The position numbers and the translations under genes were made by a program. The notes under the pieces were generated by a model that saw nothing but the letters and a program-made list of their open reading frames with translations, was not told where the DNA came from and made no database searches. From assembly GCF_009914755.1 (NCBI RefSeq), contig NC_060938.1: a DNA stretch of 64,000 nt; one strand, written 5' to 3'. This document shows positions 42,531 through 61,366 of this stretch, piece by piece; the stretch's first letter is position 1; the number at the start of each line of letters is the position of its first letter. This DNA comes from the human T2T-CHM13v2.0 reference genome, Homo sapiens.

Positions 42531-42698
42531 AATTAAAAAATTAGCTGGGCATTGGGGCATGCGTTTGTAATCCTGGCTACTCAGGAAGCTGGGGAAATAG
42601 GATCGCTTGAGGCTGGGAGTTTGAGGTTGCAGCGAGCTATCATCCCACCACTGAACTCCAGCATATGTAACAGAGCTAGATCTTGTGTCTAAAAAAAA
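42531..42698 (+). mobile_element. Alu right-arm monomer (AluJ/FRAM-like) directly after the previous Alu
   Basis: AAAAAATTAGCTGGGC...GGATCGCTTGAGGCTGGGAGTTTGAGG...A-tail. Confidence 0.85.
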
Positions 42699-43451
42699 GT
42701 TTTTTAAAAATAGAATATATATTGGATGTTGGGAATGTCAGTAAGAGGAGAGGAATCAAGGATGATTTCTAGGTTTTTGGTTTGAGTAATTTATGAAAAA
42801 TGAGTGGTGTTGCTTATTAGGGGTCAAGTTCATTGAAAGTCCAAAACCCACTCATCTAAAATAGTGAATAGTGAATATTGACATGTCAAAGTTCTGGTGT
42901 TCTCCTCATCTTTGGTCCAGAATTACTTTTATTATTTTATACACATAGTAGTCACCAATTACACAAACAATTAAAGTGAGGGGGAAAAAAAGAATCCATC
43001 ATATTGATCATTGTTGTGTTTTCTGGTAATAGGAGAAAAAATCGTAGGAAAGAAAAAAATATCGAATATTCTCATACTCTCATTGACAGTGCATCTTTAG
43101 CCCTCATGTTCTCCCTTCCTCCAAAAATAACATCCCCTGCACTCTTGCCCCAAATTGATACCCTTATAAGGATAAACCAGAGAATGTACAGGTTAGAGGA
43201 GATCATATGTTAATTCTTTACATACATCAGTGACATTGGGGACAGAGGTGGCTGCTAAGTAGAGCTGCCATCTGCTCTCTGGACAAGCACTATTTCCCAT
43301 TCCATTTGTAAGAGGCACCTGTTCAAGTAACTGCCTTATTACCACTACTATGTCAAAACTGTAATGCTGTTTTGATTTTCTTTATAGTTTGATGTGTTTG
43401 AAATGATATATTTCATATATATATATTTAAATCAACCTTTGAATGTTACAG

Positions 43452-43583
43452 GCTTTGCTTTCTGTACGTAGTAGTGTGGCTCAGAAGAATTATGACCCTA
43501 TGTTGCCTCCTATGCCTGAAGATATTGACGATGAGGAAGACTCAATACAAATAATCGGTTTGTTCAAAAATAGAGAACCACTG
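43452..43583 (+). pseudogene. Candidate duplicated coding exon of an unidentified gene (44 codons)
   Basis: TTACAG|GCT...CTG|GTGAGT; 132 bp, phase 0-0, stop-free: [44 protein letters not shown]. Not repeat-like. Parent gene not recognised. Confidence 0.55.
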
Positions 43584-43744
43584 GTGAGTTTTGGTGCTCA
43601 GATATGAGTAGATATCATGATGAGGCTCAATCTGATGGTGCATACCATGTATAACTCTTTTTGAAATATGCCTCCTCTATGTTCTCAAATTTTAAAGAAA
43701 TGGAACATTGATGTCTAAAGAACATGCTATTGAAAAATGAAAAT

Positions 43745-44163
<419 letters not shown>

Positions 44164-44384
44164 TTAGATTAAATGGTACAATAAAAAAAAATTGCCTTTG
44201 TCTATAGGAACACAACTTTAAGTTATTTTATATACTTCATTCAACAGCTTTTTAAATTTAATTTACAGCAGATCCAACAAAACTTTTGAGAAGTCTCAAT
44301 GAAGTAAACATTTAATTTCTTAGATAAACATCTTTTGAGGATCTTATTTGGTCAGGAGGCGTGCAAATTAAATTTGTTTAATTT

Positions 44385-44718
<334 letters not shown>

Positions 44719-44879
44719 TCAACATCTGATTTCTTTCGTTGGCTGATAGATTTTTTTCCTTCTTTCCACTAACAATAAGGGATTAGTAACCTGTGTCATC
44801 ATTATACCTCTAACTCTTCTGGCCACCAGACTTGCCTCTCTACTTACTAGATTTTTTTCCCACAAACCTACACCTGTTT

Positions 44880-45200
44880 AGGTGTTCTCTGCATTAATGA
44901 ACAGCATTCATCCAAGCTAAAAACCTGGCTACCAACCTACATTTGTCCATCTTGCCTCACCTCCCACATCCATTAACCACTAAAGTCCTGTTGACCCAAC
45001 CTCCTAAATCTTTCTTAAATCTGTCCCACTGCCATAGATAGGCTATAACCATTTGTTGCCTAAATTACTCTAATGAATACTTGTTTAGTCTCCTTGCCTC
45101 TAGTCTTGCTGCATTCAGTCGCACCTCCAGACTGCCACCCATCAGTCCTTCTAAAATGATGATCTAGTTACATTACTTTACTTTATTTCTTACCTCTACC
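44880..45200 (+). mobile_element. Diverged L2 fragment
   Basis: CATTCATCCAAGCTAAAAACCTGG...CACCTCCCACATCCATT...CTCCTTGCCTCTAGTCTTG, pyrimidine-rich L2 motifs. Confidence 0.6.
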
Positions 45201-45381
45201 TGATATACTGGGAATTTCATCATTTGGTCTCTACCTGCCATGTTTCTCTTCTCGCCATTCAATATGCCCCTCTGTTTCTTGCTCTTCTTTTGGCATTGAA
45301 GTCTTATGTAAGATTGCTGGTAGATCTTGAGCACTGAAGGCTAATTGTTCCATACCCCTGTCAAATTGTTCATGGTGTTTA

Positions 45382-45458
45382 TTTTCTCTCTTGAGAAAGG
45401 GAAACCATCAGCAGAATCTCCATTTCTACATAGAGTAAGTTACAAATATAGTGGAATT
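45382..45458. repeat. Left arm of a ~75-bp inverted repeat (partner 46587-46659)
   Basis: 45382-45432 is the exact reverse complement of 46609-46659 (51 bp), and 45439-45458 of 46587-46606 (20 bp). Confidence 0.95.
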
Positions 45459-45642
45459 TGTATAGTGGTGTTTCAGATGTCCTATTCTCTATAATACCTT
45501 TCCTGTCTTCCTGAGGTAGCATACCTAATACTTCTAATATAATATCTAAATGATTTAAGAAATTTAGCTATTTACATATGTTTCTCCAACAGACTGAAAA
45601 CTTTAAGACCAGTGGTTTATTTATATTTACATCTTCAAAACC

Positions 45643-45937
45643 TTTTTTTTTTTTTTTTGAGCGGAGTCTTGTGCTATCTCCCAGGCTGGAGTGCAGTGGC
45701 TCGATTTCAGCTCACTGCAAGCTCCACCTCCCGGGTTCATGCCATTCTCTTGCCTCAGTCTCCTGAGTAGCTGGGACTACAGGTGCCTGCCACTATGCCT
45801 AGCTAATTTTTTGTATTTTTAGTAGAGACAGGATTTCACCAGTTAGCCAGCATTGTCTCGATCTCCTGGCCTCGTGATCTGCCCGCCTTGGCCTCCCAGA
45901 GTGCTGGGATTACAGGTGTGAGCCACCACGTCTGGCC
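45643..45937 (-). mobile_element. AluY-like, full length
   Basis: GCAAGCTCCACCTCCCGGGTTCATGCCATTC; TSD ACATCTTCA(A/G)AAC. Confidence 0.93.
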
Positions 45938-46586
45938 ACATCTTCAGAACTTATATAAGACCAAGTATGTGAATGCTGCTTAGTAGACATTTAGTAAATT
46001 AATGAAATTATTCCTCTAGCAGAGATAAAGGGATGTGAATATTAAGCCAATCAAACTCTAAGATAACATGTGACCTCTTTTCAGTATAGTATTCTTGCAG
46101 AGAATAATGCCACCTTCTTGATACTATTAATTGATTAACGCAGGAATAGGATCTAGTGTTAGTTTCCTAGTTATTGATTAATTCATTGTTGAGTCTTAAT
46201 CCATTTCTTCACATTGACAGTAAAAATTATAGAATTTTAGTGAATTTATTTGAGTGGTCACAATATTGTTGGGAAATGTCACTGTGTCGTTAACCAGTAT
46301 TGATGTGTTGTTTGTGTATTCACGGGTTTCTTTTGCGGGACAGAGGATCAGATGTTGAGAGTTTGGACAGACTCATGAAAACCAAAAACATACCTGAAGC
46401 TCACCAAAATGCATTGAAAACTGGGTTTGCAGAAGGTTTTCTGAAAGCTCAAGCACTCTCAAAAAAAAACAGTAGTAAGTTGATTTGAAACTGTCCATGT
46501 TTGAGAAGAATAACTGAAAGGAAGTCATAGTCCTACATTTAAGTTTTAAGTAACTTTTCTAAGACTATCCATCTTTCTATTGATTG

Positions 46587-46659
46587 AATTCCACTATATT
46601 TGTAACCTTATGTAGAAATGGAGATTCTGCTGATGGTTTCCCTTTCTCAAGAGAGAAAA
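46587..46659. repeat. Right arm of the inverted repeat (partner 45382-45458)
   Basis: See left arm. Confidence 0.95.
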
Positions 46660-46710
46660 CAAATTGAAGAACAGGAAGTGTGAGTGGCTTAACAAAGGTT
46701 TTTGTTTCTT

Positions 46711-46714
<4 letters not shown>

Positions 46715-46756
<42 letters not shown>

Positions 46757-47030
46757 GAGACACAGTTGTGCTTCATTGCCCAAGCCAGGAGTGCAGTGGT
46801 GTAATCACGGCTCCTAGCAGTCTTAACTTTCTGGGCTCAAGTGATTCTCTCACCTCAGCCTCCTGAGTAGCTAGGACCACAGGTATGTGCCACTACGTCC
46901 AGCTAATTTTTGTAGAGATGTAATCATTCCATGTTGTCCAGGCTGGTCTTGAACTCCAGGACTCAAGTGATCCTCCTGCATTGACCTCTTAAAGTGCTGG
47001 GATGATAGGCATGAGCCATCATGCTCAGCC
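46715..47030 (-). mobile_element. AluJ-like with a (TG)n-converted tail (46715-46752)
   Basis: CTGGGCTCAAGTGATTCTCTCACCTCAGCC...GGACTCAAGTGATCCTCCTG. Confidence 0.88.
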
Positions 47031-49314
47031 TTAATGAAGTTTTTGATAATAGGATACTTACAGGAAATCATAGCAGTTATGAAAAAGAATGCCAGACTCC
47101 AAAATTGCATGTGATGAAATATGATTATCAATAACCTAATATTTGCATTTCATTGAGCTGTCATATTTCATTAATGTTATTTGATGTAAGGCTTTTTCTT
47201 TCTCTCCTAGATTCCCTAAGACGAACCTGTCTGATTCTCTTCTTTCTGCTGCTATTCGGCATTTACGGACTTTTAAAAAACCCATTTTATCTGGTAAAAG
47301 TTTTTTTATTAATCTAACTTGTTAGTTTCTTATTCCTTTAAATACATGATTCTATTTAATGCTTAATCTAAACCTTAAAGAAAGAACATATTAATGTTTA
47401 TAGTTCCAGAAGCTAGGCTTTCACTCCTAGTAGTGGTTAGTTTCTCAGATTTTTAGAAAATGATACCTGTCTAGTTATAAAATTTAAAAATTATCCTGAT
47501 CAACAGGGTGAAAGGAAAATTAATTAATTAGTTAATTAATTTAAAAATTATGTGGAAGAATTTTAGAATAGCAATACAAGCTGAAATAGCCTTCTATTTC
47601 AAAGATAAACTAATAAATTCAATTTATTCAGAAAATTACATTAAATGTTTCTCTTTTTTATAGTTTGCTTATCTGAAATGAAGTAATAGTGTAAGACTTA
47701 AGTGTTTCCAATTACTTTTTCAACCACCATGCAGTTTTCACGCTGTGTTCTCTATTCTCTTTATTATTAAGGATATGTACAGATTTAAAAAAATACTTTA
47801 GTGGGCTAAAACTATTAGTGTTCATTCTAGAATTACTATTTTAAATTTGCTCTCCCAACTTCTGTGTTCTTGATTTATTAAGGATTTCTTCTTAACCCTG
47901 TATTTTGCCAACTCATTTTTCAGCCTATCTTAAAAGTATTTTTGGGCTTCTTTTGAGGAAAATAGAAATTGCTCAATTTACTCATTTATAACTGCTCTAG
48001 TTTGGAAGTTTCTGAGTGGGAAAGATTTAAGAAATCCTTGTAATAGTTCTCCAAAATTGATCTCAAATATTTTACTGTTCTGTCAGACTTTTTCTGTCTT
48101 GGTTGTACTTAATGATGTCATAACCGATAGGTCATTTGAGGGCAAGTAATAACAGTTGTCAGAAGAAGAAGACTACATGGAAAGTGTAGACTTTCCATGG
48201 GTTAAATCTCAATTTTTTATTAGTGTGTGTCAGTATTTTCTGCTAACTTTAAGGCAATATATTTCAAAGTGTAGATCTGTGACCAGTTATATCAGAATAA
48301 TCTAAGTTTTTGTTAAAAATGCAAATTCTCCTGGGCCCTTTCTCAAATTTACAAACATAGTTCTGTGTTATGGCCTGAGAACCAGCATTTTAACATATTT
48401 CTCAAGTGAGTTTTATTCACACCAAAGATTGAGAAATGCTGAATTAAGATTTCTATCATTAGATACTACAATAAGAAGTGGAAAATAATTTTTGATTTTA
48501 CTAACTGGAAAGTACAAATATGTCTTAGTATTTTTTAATTTTTATTTTTTCAAGTTTATTAAGAAGGTAAAGGAATAAAAGAACGGAATGGCTACTCCAT
48601 AGGCAGAGCAGCTGAAATATGTCTTTTTAATGTGAATCACTTACTCTTTGAAAATGGTTTAGAAACCCAGAAGACCTAGTTTATATTCCTCATTCTGATT
48701 TGATATGTGAAGTTAGTTCCCTTAGACATTTAATTTTTCTAGGCTTTGCTTTCTTGCATCTAAAAAGTAAAGTGATTGGAATGTTATTAATCTATCAAAT
48801 ATAAGCATTTCTTTTCTTCCCTTTAGTCTGCTTCCAGACAACAATGGGGCTTGATTCTGCAATAGATCCTGTCCAGATAAAAGATGTTACCTTTGAACGT
48901 GTTAAAGTCATAAGTTGAGAAGATTGCCTTGCCTTCTTCATACATTCTCTAATTGATACTCTGTATAAAGTCCATATTTGATTCTGCAATGTATTCTGGA
49001 ATAGGTAAAATTGCATCCCAAAGTATTAGAAACATTTGTATTTTGGGATAAATAATAATAGCCAAGTATCAAATCTTGCTTTATGACAGGGATTAGTATA
49101 ATTTATGAAGGAGCAGCCTGGTATAGTGGAGTGAATGTAGACTTCAGAGTCAAGTTGACTAACTTTTGAAATTCATTTTAATACTTATTAGCTATGTAAC
49201 CTTGAAGAAATTACTTTAGATTCTGACAAATAATGTGTGTGCTTGGCACATAGTAGACAGTTAATAAATGGTCCTTCTTTACCTGTTCCTCTTATTGATC
49301 TTTCTAACTCCAGT

Positions 49315-49362
49315 AGCCTCCCGAAGTGCTGGGATTACAGAGGTGAGCCATTGCGCCCAGCT
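49315..49362 (-). mobile_element. Alu 5'-end remnant (about 48 bp)
   Basis: AGCCTCCCGAAGTGCTGGGATTACAGAGGTGAGCCATTGCGCCCAGCT; the rest of the Alu is missing. Confidence 0.85.
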
Positions 49363-49448
49363 GACAATGTATATTTCTTGAATGAATGAATAGAATGGAT
49401 AGATGCTAGTTTATAGTCAATTAATTTGTTAAATATTTAATGGTATCT

Positions 49449-49787
<339 letters not shown>

Positions 49788-49799
49788 TAAATATTTAAT

Positions 49800-50660
<861 letters not shown>

Positions 50661-50665
50661 AGATT

Positions 50666-56036
<5,371 letters not shown>

Positions 56037-56134
56037 TAATATAAGATCCACAATTCCCTCACTGCCATGAAGTCCTAAGACAGCAATCATAATAATCAAC
56101 ATTCACTTAGTCAATACAAACGTAGTAAGGAACC

Positions 56135-56464
56135 TAGGGTTAAGGTTGGTGTTAGGGTTAGGGGTTAGGGGTTAAGTTTAGGGTTAGGGGTTGGAGATAG
56201 GGGTTGGGGTCAGAGTTAGGGGTTAGGAGTCAACATTTACAGTTGGGGTTGAGAGGTTAGGGGTTAGGGATTAGGGGTTGGGCTTGGGTTAGGGTGAGGA
56301 TGAGGGTTGGGGTTAGGTTTTAGGGTTAGGGTTAGGGTTAGGGGTTAGGGTTAAGGGTTAGGGTTAGGGGTTAGGGGTTATGGTCAGGGGTTAGGGGTCA
56401 GGGTCAGGGGTTATGGGTCAGGGTCAGGGTCAGGGTCAGGGTCAGGGGTCAGAGTCAGGGTTAG
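56135..56464 (+). repeat. Interstitial degenerate telomeric array (TTAGGG/TTAGGGG/TTGGGG, then TCAGGG)
   Basis: Seen directly; 330 bp, single orientation, G-rich on +. Confidence 0.96.
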
Positions 56465-56467
56465 CAG

Positions 56468-59400
56468 TCCCAATCTGTGGGTTGTCTATTTACTCTGCTG
56501 ACTGTTCCCTTTGCCATGCAAAAGCTTTTTAGTTTAATTAAGCCCCAGCTATTTATCTTTGTTTTTATTGCATTTGCATTTGGTTTCTTGGTCATGAAAT
56601 CCTTGCCTATGCCAATGTCTAGAAGGGTTTATCCAGTGTTATCTTCTAGAATTCTTATAGTTCAGGAATTAGGTTTAAGTTCTTAATCCATCTTGAGTAG
56701 ATTTTTGTATAAGGTGAGAGATGAGAATCCAGTTTTATTCCCCTACATGTGGCTCGCCAATTATCCCAACATCATGTGTAGGAAAGGGTGTCCTTTCCCC
56801 ACTTATTTTTTTTTTTACTTTGTCGAAGATCAGTTGGCTGTAAGTATTTGGGTGAATTTCTGGGTTCTCTCTTCTGTTCTATTGGTTTATGTGCCTATTT
56901 TTAAACCAGTACCATGCTGTTTTGGTAGCTATGGCCTTATTGTACAGTTTGAAATCAAGTAGTGTGATGCCTCCAGGTTTGTTCTTTTTGCTTAGCCTTG
57001 GTTTGGCTACATGGCTCTCTTTTTGTTCTGTATTAATTTTAGAATTGTTTTGTAATTCTGTGAAGAATGATGGTGGTATTCAGATGGGGATTGCATTGAA
57101 TTTGTAGGTTGCTTTTAACAGAATGGTAATTTTCACAATATTGGTTCTACCCATCTATGAGCATGGGGATGCATTTCCATTTGTTTGTGTCATCTATGAT
57201 TTCTTTTCTTTCTTTTTTTTTCCAGAGGGAGTTTCACTCTTGTCGCTGAGGTGGGAGTGCAATGGTGTGATCTCGGCTCACTACAACTTCTGCCTCCTGG
57301 GTTCAAGCGATTCTCCTGCCTCAGCTTCCTGAGTAGCTGGGATTATAGGCATGCACCACCATGCTTGGCTCCATCTATGATTTCTTTCAGCAGTGTTTTG
57401 TCATTTTCATTGTAGAGGTCTTTTGATTCCTTTGCTAGGTATATTCCTAAGTTTTGTTTTTTGTTGTTTTTGTTTTTTGCAGCTATTGTAAAAGGGGTTG
57501 AGTTCTTGATGTGATTCTCTGCTTGGTAGCTGTTGATGTATAGAAGAGCTACTGATTTGTGTCCATTAATCTTGTATCTGGAAACTTTGCTGAATTCTTT
57601 TATCAGTTCTAGGAGCTTTCTAGAGGAGTCCGTAGGGTTTTCAAGGTGAAAGATCATATCGTCAGCAACCAGTGACAGTTTGATTTCCTCTTTACCAATT
57701 TGGATTTCCTCTATTTCTTTCTTTTGTCTGATTGCTCTGGCCAGGACTTCCAGTACTATGTTGAAGAGGAGTGGTGAGAGTAGGCTCCTTGTCTTGTTCC
57801 AGTTCTCAAAGGGAATGCTTTCACCTTCTCCCCATTCAGTGTTATGTTGGCTGTGGGCTTGTCATAGGTGCGTTTTATTACATTAAGCTATGTCCCTTTT
57901 ATGCCTATTTTGCTGAGAGCTTTAATCATAAAGCAATGCTAGATTTTGTCAAATGCTTTTTCTGCATCTGTTGATACAATCATGTGAGTTTTTTTTAAAT
58001 TCTGTTTATTTGGTGTATCACATTTATTGACTTGCATATGTTAAACCATTAATGTATCGCTGGTATGAAACCCACTTGATAATCGTGGATTATCTTTTTG
58101 ATATGTTTTGGATTCAGTTAGATAGTATTTTGTTAATTATTTTGGCATCTGCATTCATCAAGGATATTGGTCTGTAGTTTTCTTTTTTGGTTATGTCCTT
58201 TCTTTGTTTTGGTATTAGGGTGATGCTGGCTTCATAGAATGAATCAGGGAGGGTTTCTTCTTTCTCTGTCTTGTGGAATAGTGTGAAAGGATTGGTATCA
58301 TTTCTTCTTTGAATGAAAGAAGACATTCTTTGAATGTCTGATAGAATTCTGCTGTGAATATGTCTGGTCCTCGGCTTTTTTTGTTGGTAATTTTATAATT
58401 ACCATTTCAATCTTGCTGCTTGCTTTATTGATCTGCTTGGGGTATCTAATTCTTCCTGATTTAAGCTAGGAGGGTTGTATTTTTCCAGGAATTTATCCAA
58501 CTCTTCTAGGTTTTCTAGTTTATGTGCCAAAAGGTGTTCATAGTACCCTTGAATAATCTTTAATATTTCAGTGGTGTCAGTTGTAATATCCCGTTTCATT
58601 TCTTAGTGAGGTTATTTGGGTTTTCTCTCTTCTTTTCTTGGTTAATCTTGCTAATGGTCTATCAATTTTATTTATCTTTTCAAATAACCAACTTTTTGTT
58701 TTATTTATGTTTTGTATTTGTTGTTTTTGCTGTTGTTGTGTCAATTTCATTTAGTTCTGCTATGACCTTGATTATTTCCTTTGTTTGCTGGGATTGGGTT
58801 TGGCTCGTTCCTGCTTCTCTGGTTCCCTGAGATGTGAACTTAGATTGTCTCTTTGTGCTCTTTCAGACTTTTTCAAGTAGGTGTTTAGGGCTACAAACTT
58901 TCCTCTTAGCACTGCCTTTGCTGTATCCCAGAGGTCTTGATAGGTTGTGTCATCCAGTTCAAAGAAATTTTTTACATTTCCATCTTGATTTCGTTTTTCA
59001 CCCAATGCTCATTCAGGAGCAGGTTATTTAATTTCCATGTATTTGCATGGTTTTGAAGATTCCTTTTGGAGTTGATTTTCAGTTTTATTCCACTGTGATC
59101 TGAGAGAGTGCGTGATACAATTCCAATTTTCTTAAATTTACTGAGACTCGTTTTATGGCCTATCATATGGTCTATCTTGGAGAAAATTCCATGTGCTGTT
59201 GAATAGAATGTGTATTCTGTGGTTGCTGGATGAAATGTTCTGTATATATCTGTTAAGTCCATTTGTTCCAAAGTATAGTTTAAATCCAGTGTTTCTTTGT
59301 TGACTTTGTCTTGATGACCTGTCTAGTGCTGTCAGTGGAGTATTGAAGTCCCCCATTATTATTGTGTTGCTGTCTATCTCATTTCTTATGTCTACTAGTA

Positions 59401-61366
59401 ATTGTTTTATAAATTTGGGAGCTCCAGTGTTAGGTTCATGTATGTTTAGGATTGTCATATTTTTCTGTTGGATGAGACCTTTACCATTATATACTGTCTG
59501 TCTTTGTCTCTTTTAGCTGCTGTTACTTTAAAGTTTGTTTTGTCTCATATGAGAATAGCTACCGCTGCTCGCTTTTGGTGTCCATTTGCATGAAATGCCT
59601 TTTTCTACCACTTTCCTTAAGTTTATGTAAGTCGTTATGTGTTAGATGAGTCTCCTGAAGGCAGCAGATAGTTAGTTGGTGTGTTCTTATCCATTCTGTG
59701 GTTCTGTATCTTGTAAGTGGAGCATTTAAGCCATTTACAACCAACATTAGTATTAAAAAGTGAGATAACATTGCTTTCATCTTGCTCTTTGCTGCCTCTG
59801 TACTTTGTTTTTGTTTTTTGTTTTTGCTGTTTAACTTGTATTTTTGTTTTATAGGTCTTGTGTGATTTATGCTTTAATGAAGTTCTGTTTTGATGTGTTT
59901 CCAGGATTTGTTTCATGATTTAGAGCTCCTTTTAGCAGTTCTTACAGTGTTGGTTTGGTAATGGCAAATTCTGTCAGCATTTGTTTGTCTGAAAATGGCT
60001 GTATCTTTCCTTCATATATGATGTTTAGTTTTGCTGGATACAAAATTATTTGCTGATAATTGTTTTGTTTGAGGAGGCTGAAGAAAGCGCCCCAATCCCA
60101 TCTAGCTTGTAAGGTTTCTGCTGCAAAATCTGCTGTTACTTTGATAGGTTTTCCTTTATAGGTTACCTAGTGCTTCTGTCTCACAGCTCTTAAGATTCTT
60201 TCCTTTGTCTTAACTTTGGATAACCTAATGACAGTGTGCCTAGGCTAAGATCTTTTTGTGATGAATTTCCCAGGTGTTATTTGTGCTTCTTGTATTTGGA
60301 TGTCTAGGTCTCTCACAAGGCCATGGAAGTTTTCCTTGATTATTCCCCCAAATATGTTTTCCTGGCTTTTAGAATTCACTTCTTCCTCAGGTACACTAAT
60401 TAGTCTTAGGTTTCATCGTTTAACAGAATGCCAGACTCCTTGGAGGCTTTGCTCATACTTTCTTATTCTTTTTTCTTTGTCTTTATTGGATTGGGTTAAA
60501 TCAAAGACCTTGTCTTCGAATTCTGAATTTCTTTCTTCTACTTGTTCAATTCTATTGCTGAGACTTTCCAGGGCAGTTCACATTTCTAAAAGTGCACACA
60601 AAGTTTCCTGATTTTTTATTTTTTTATTTTCATTTTTTTTAATTTAAGCTATTTCCTTGAATGTTTCTCCCTTCATTTGCTGTATCATTTTTTGGATTTT
60701 CTTGCATTGGACTTCACCTTTCTCTGGCCCCTCCCTGATTAGCTTAATAACTAACCTGAATTCTTTTTCAGATAAATCAGTGATTTCTTCTTTGTTTGGA
60801 TCCATTGGTGATGAACTGGTGTGATTTTTGGGGGGGGTGTTGAAAAGTCTTGTTTTGTCAGATTACCAGGGCTGGTTTTCTGGTTCCTTCTCATTTTGGT
60901 AGACTCTGTCAGAGGAAAGGTCTAGGGCTAAAGACTGTTGTTCAGACTCTTTTGTCCCACAGGGTTTTCCCTTGATGTAGTACTCTCCCCCTTTTCCTAT
61001 GGGCATGGCTTCTGTGAGCTGAAGTGCATTGATTGTTGTCTCTCTTCTGGGTCTAGACACCCAGCAGGTCTACCTGGCTTTGGGCTGGTACTAGGGTTTG
61101 TCTGCATAGAGCCCTGTGATGTGAACCATCTATGGGTCTCTCAGCTGTGGATACCAGCACCTGTTCCAGCAGAGGTGGTGAAGGGGGCAATAGACTCTGT
61201 GAGGGTCCTTAGTTTTAGTGGTGTAATGCTCTATATTTGTGCTGGTTGGCCTCCTGCCAGGAGGTGGTGCTTTCCAGAAAGCATCAGCTGTAGTAGTGTG
61301 GAGGGACTGGCAGTGGGCAGGGCCCTAGGACTCCCAAGATTATATGTCCTTTGTCTTCCACTACCA
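56468..61366 (-). mobile_element. Older L1 (L1PB-like): partial 5'UTR, ORF1 and most of ORF2, truncated at both ends
   Basis: Minus-strand fragments [36 protein letters not shown] and [12 protein letters not shown]; heavily disrupted. Subfamily is from recall. Confidence 0.9.
57207..57370 (-). mobile_element. 5'-truncated Alu (right arm only) inserted in L1
   Basis: Perfect 16-bp TSD CATCTATGATTTCTTT at 57191 and 57372. Confidence 0.92.

Larger units (their letters stand above)
46324..48909 (+). pseudogene. YME1L1P: Unprocessed YME1L1 (i-AAA protease) pseudogene fragment, three exons: 46324-46474, 47211-47293, 48827-48909
   Basis: Exons translate as GFLLRDRGSDVESLDRLMKTKNIPEAHQNALKTGFAEGFLKAQAL.., SLRRTCLILFFLLLFGIYGLLKNPF.. 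and CFQTTMGLDSAIDPVQIKDVTFERVK. These match consecutive recalled YME1L1 segments around the transmembrane helix, with introns retained. Lesions: acceptor reads AC (46322-46323), an apparent 1-bp deletion in the second exon, donor reads ATAAGT (48910). No AAA-domain exons were found. The paralog number cannot be assigned. Confidence 0.9.

Noticed and set aside
46300-48909. Functional YME1L1 gene, or a processed pseudogene
   Set aside because: Only three exons, with two dead splice sites and an apparent frameshift. Introns are retained, so it is a DNA-level duplication.
56135-56464. True chromosome end, or a head-to-head telomere fusion like human 2q13
   Set aside because: The array is short, degenerate and flanked on both sides, with one orientation only and no switch to CCCTAA.
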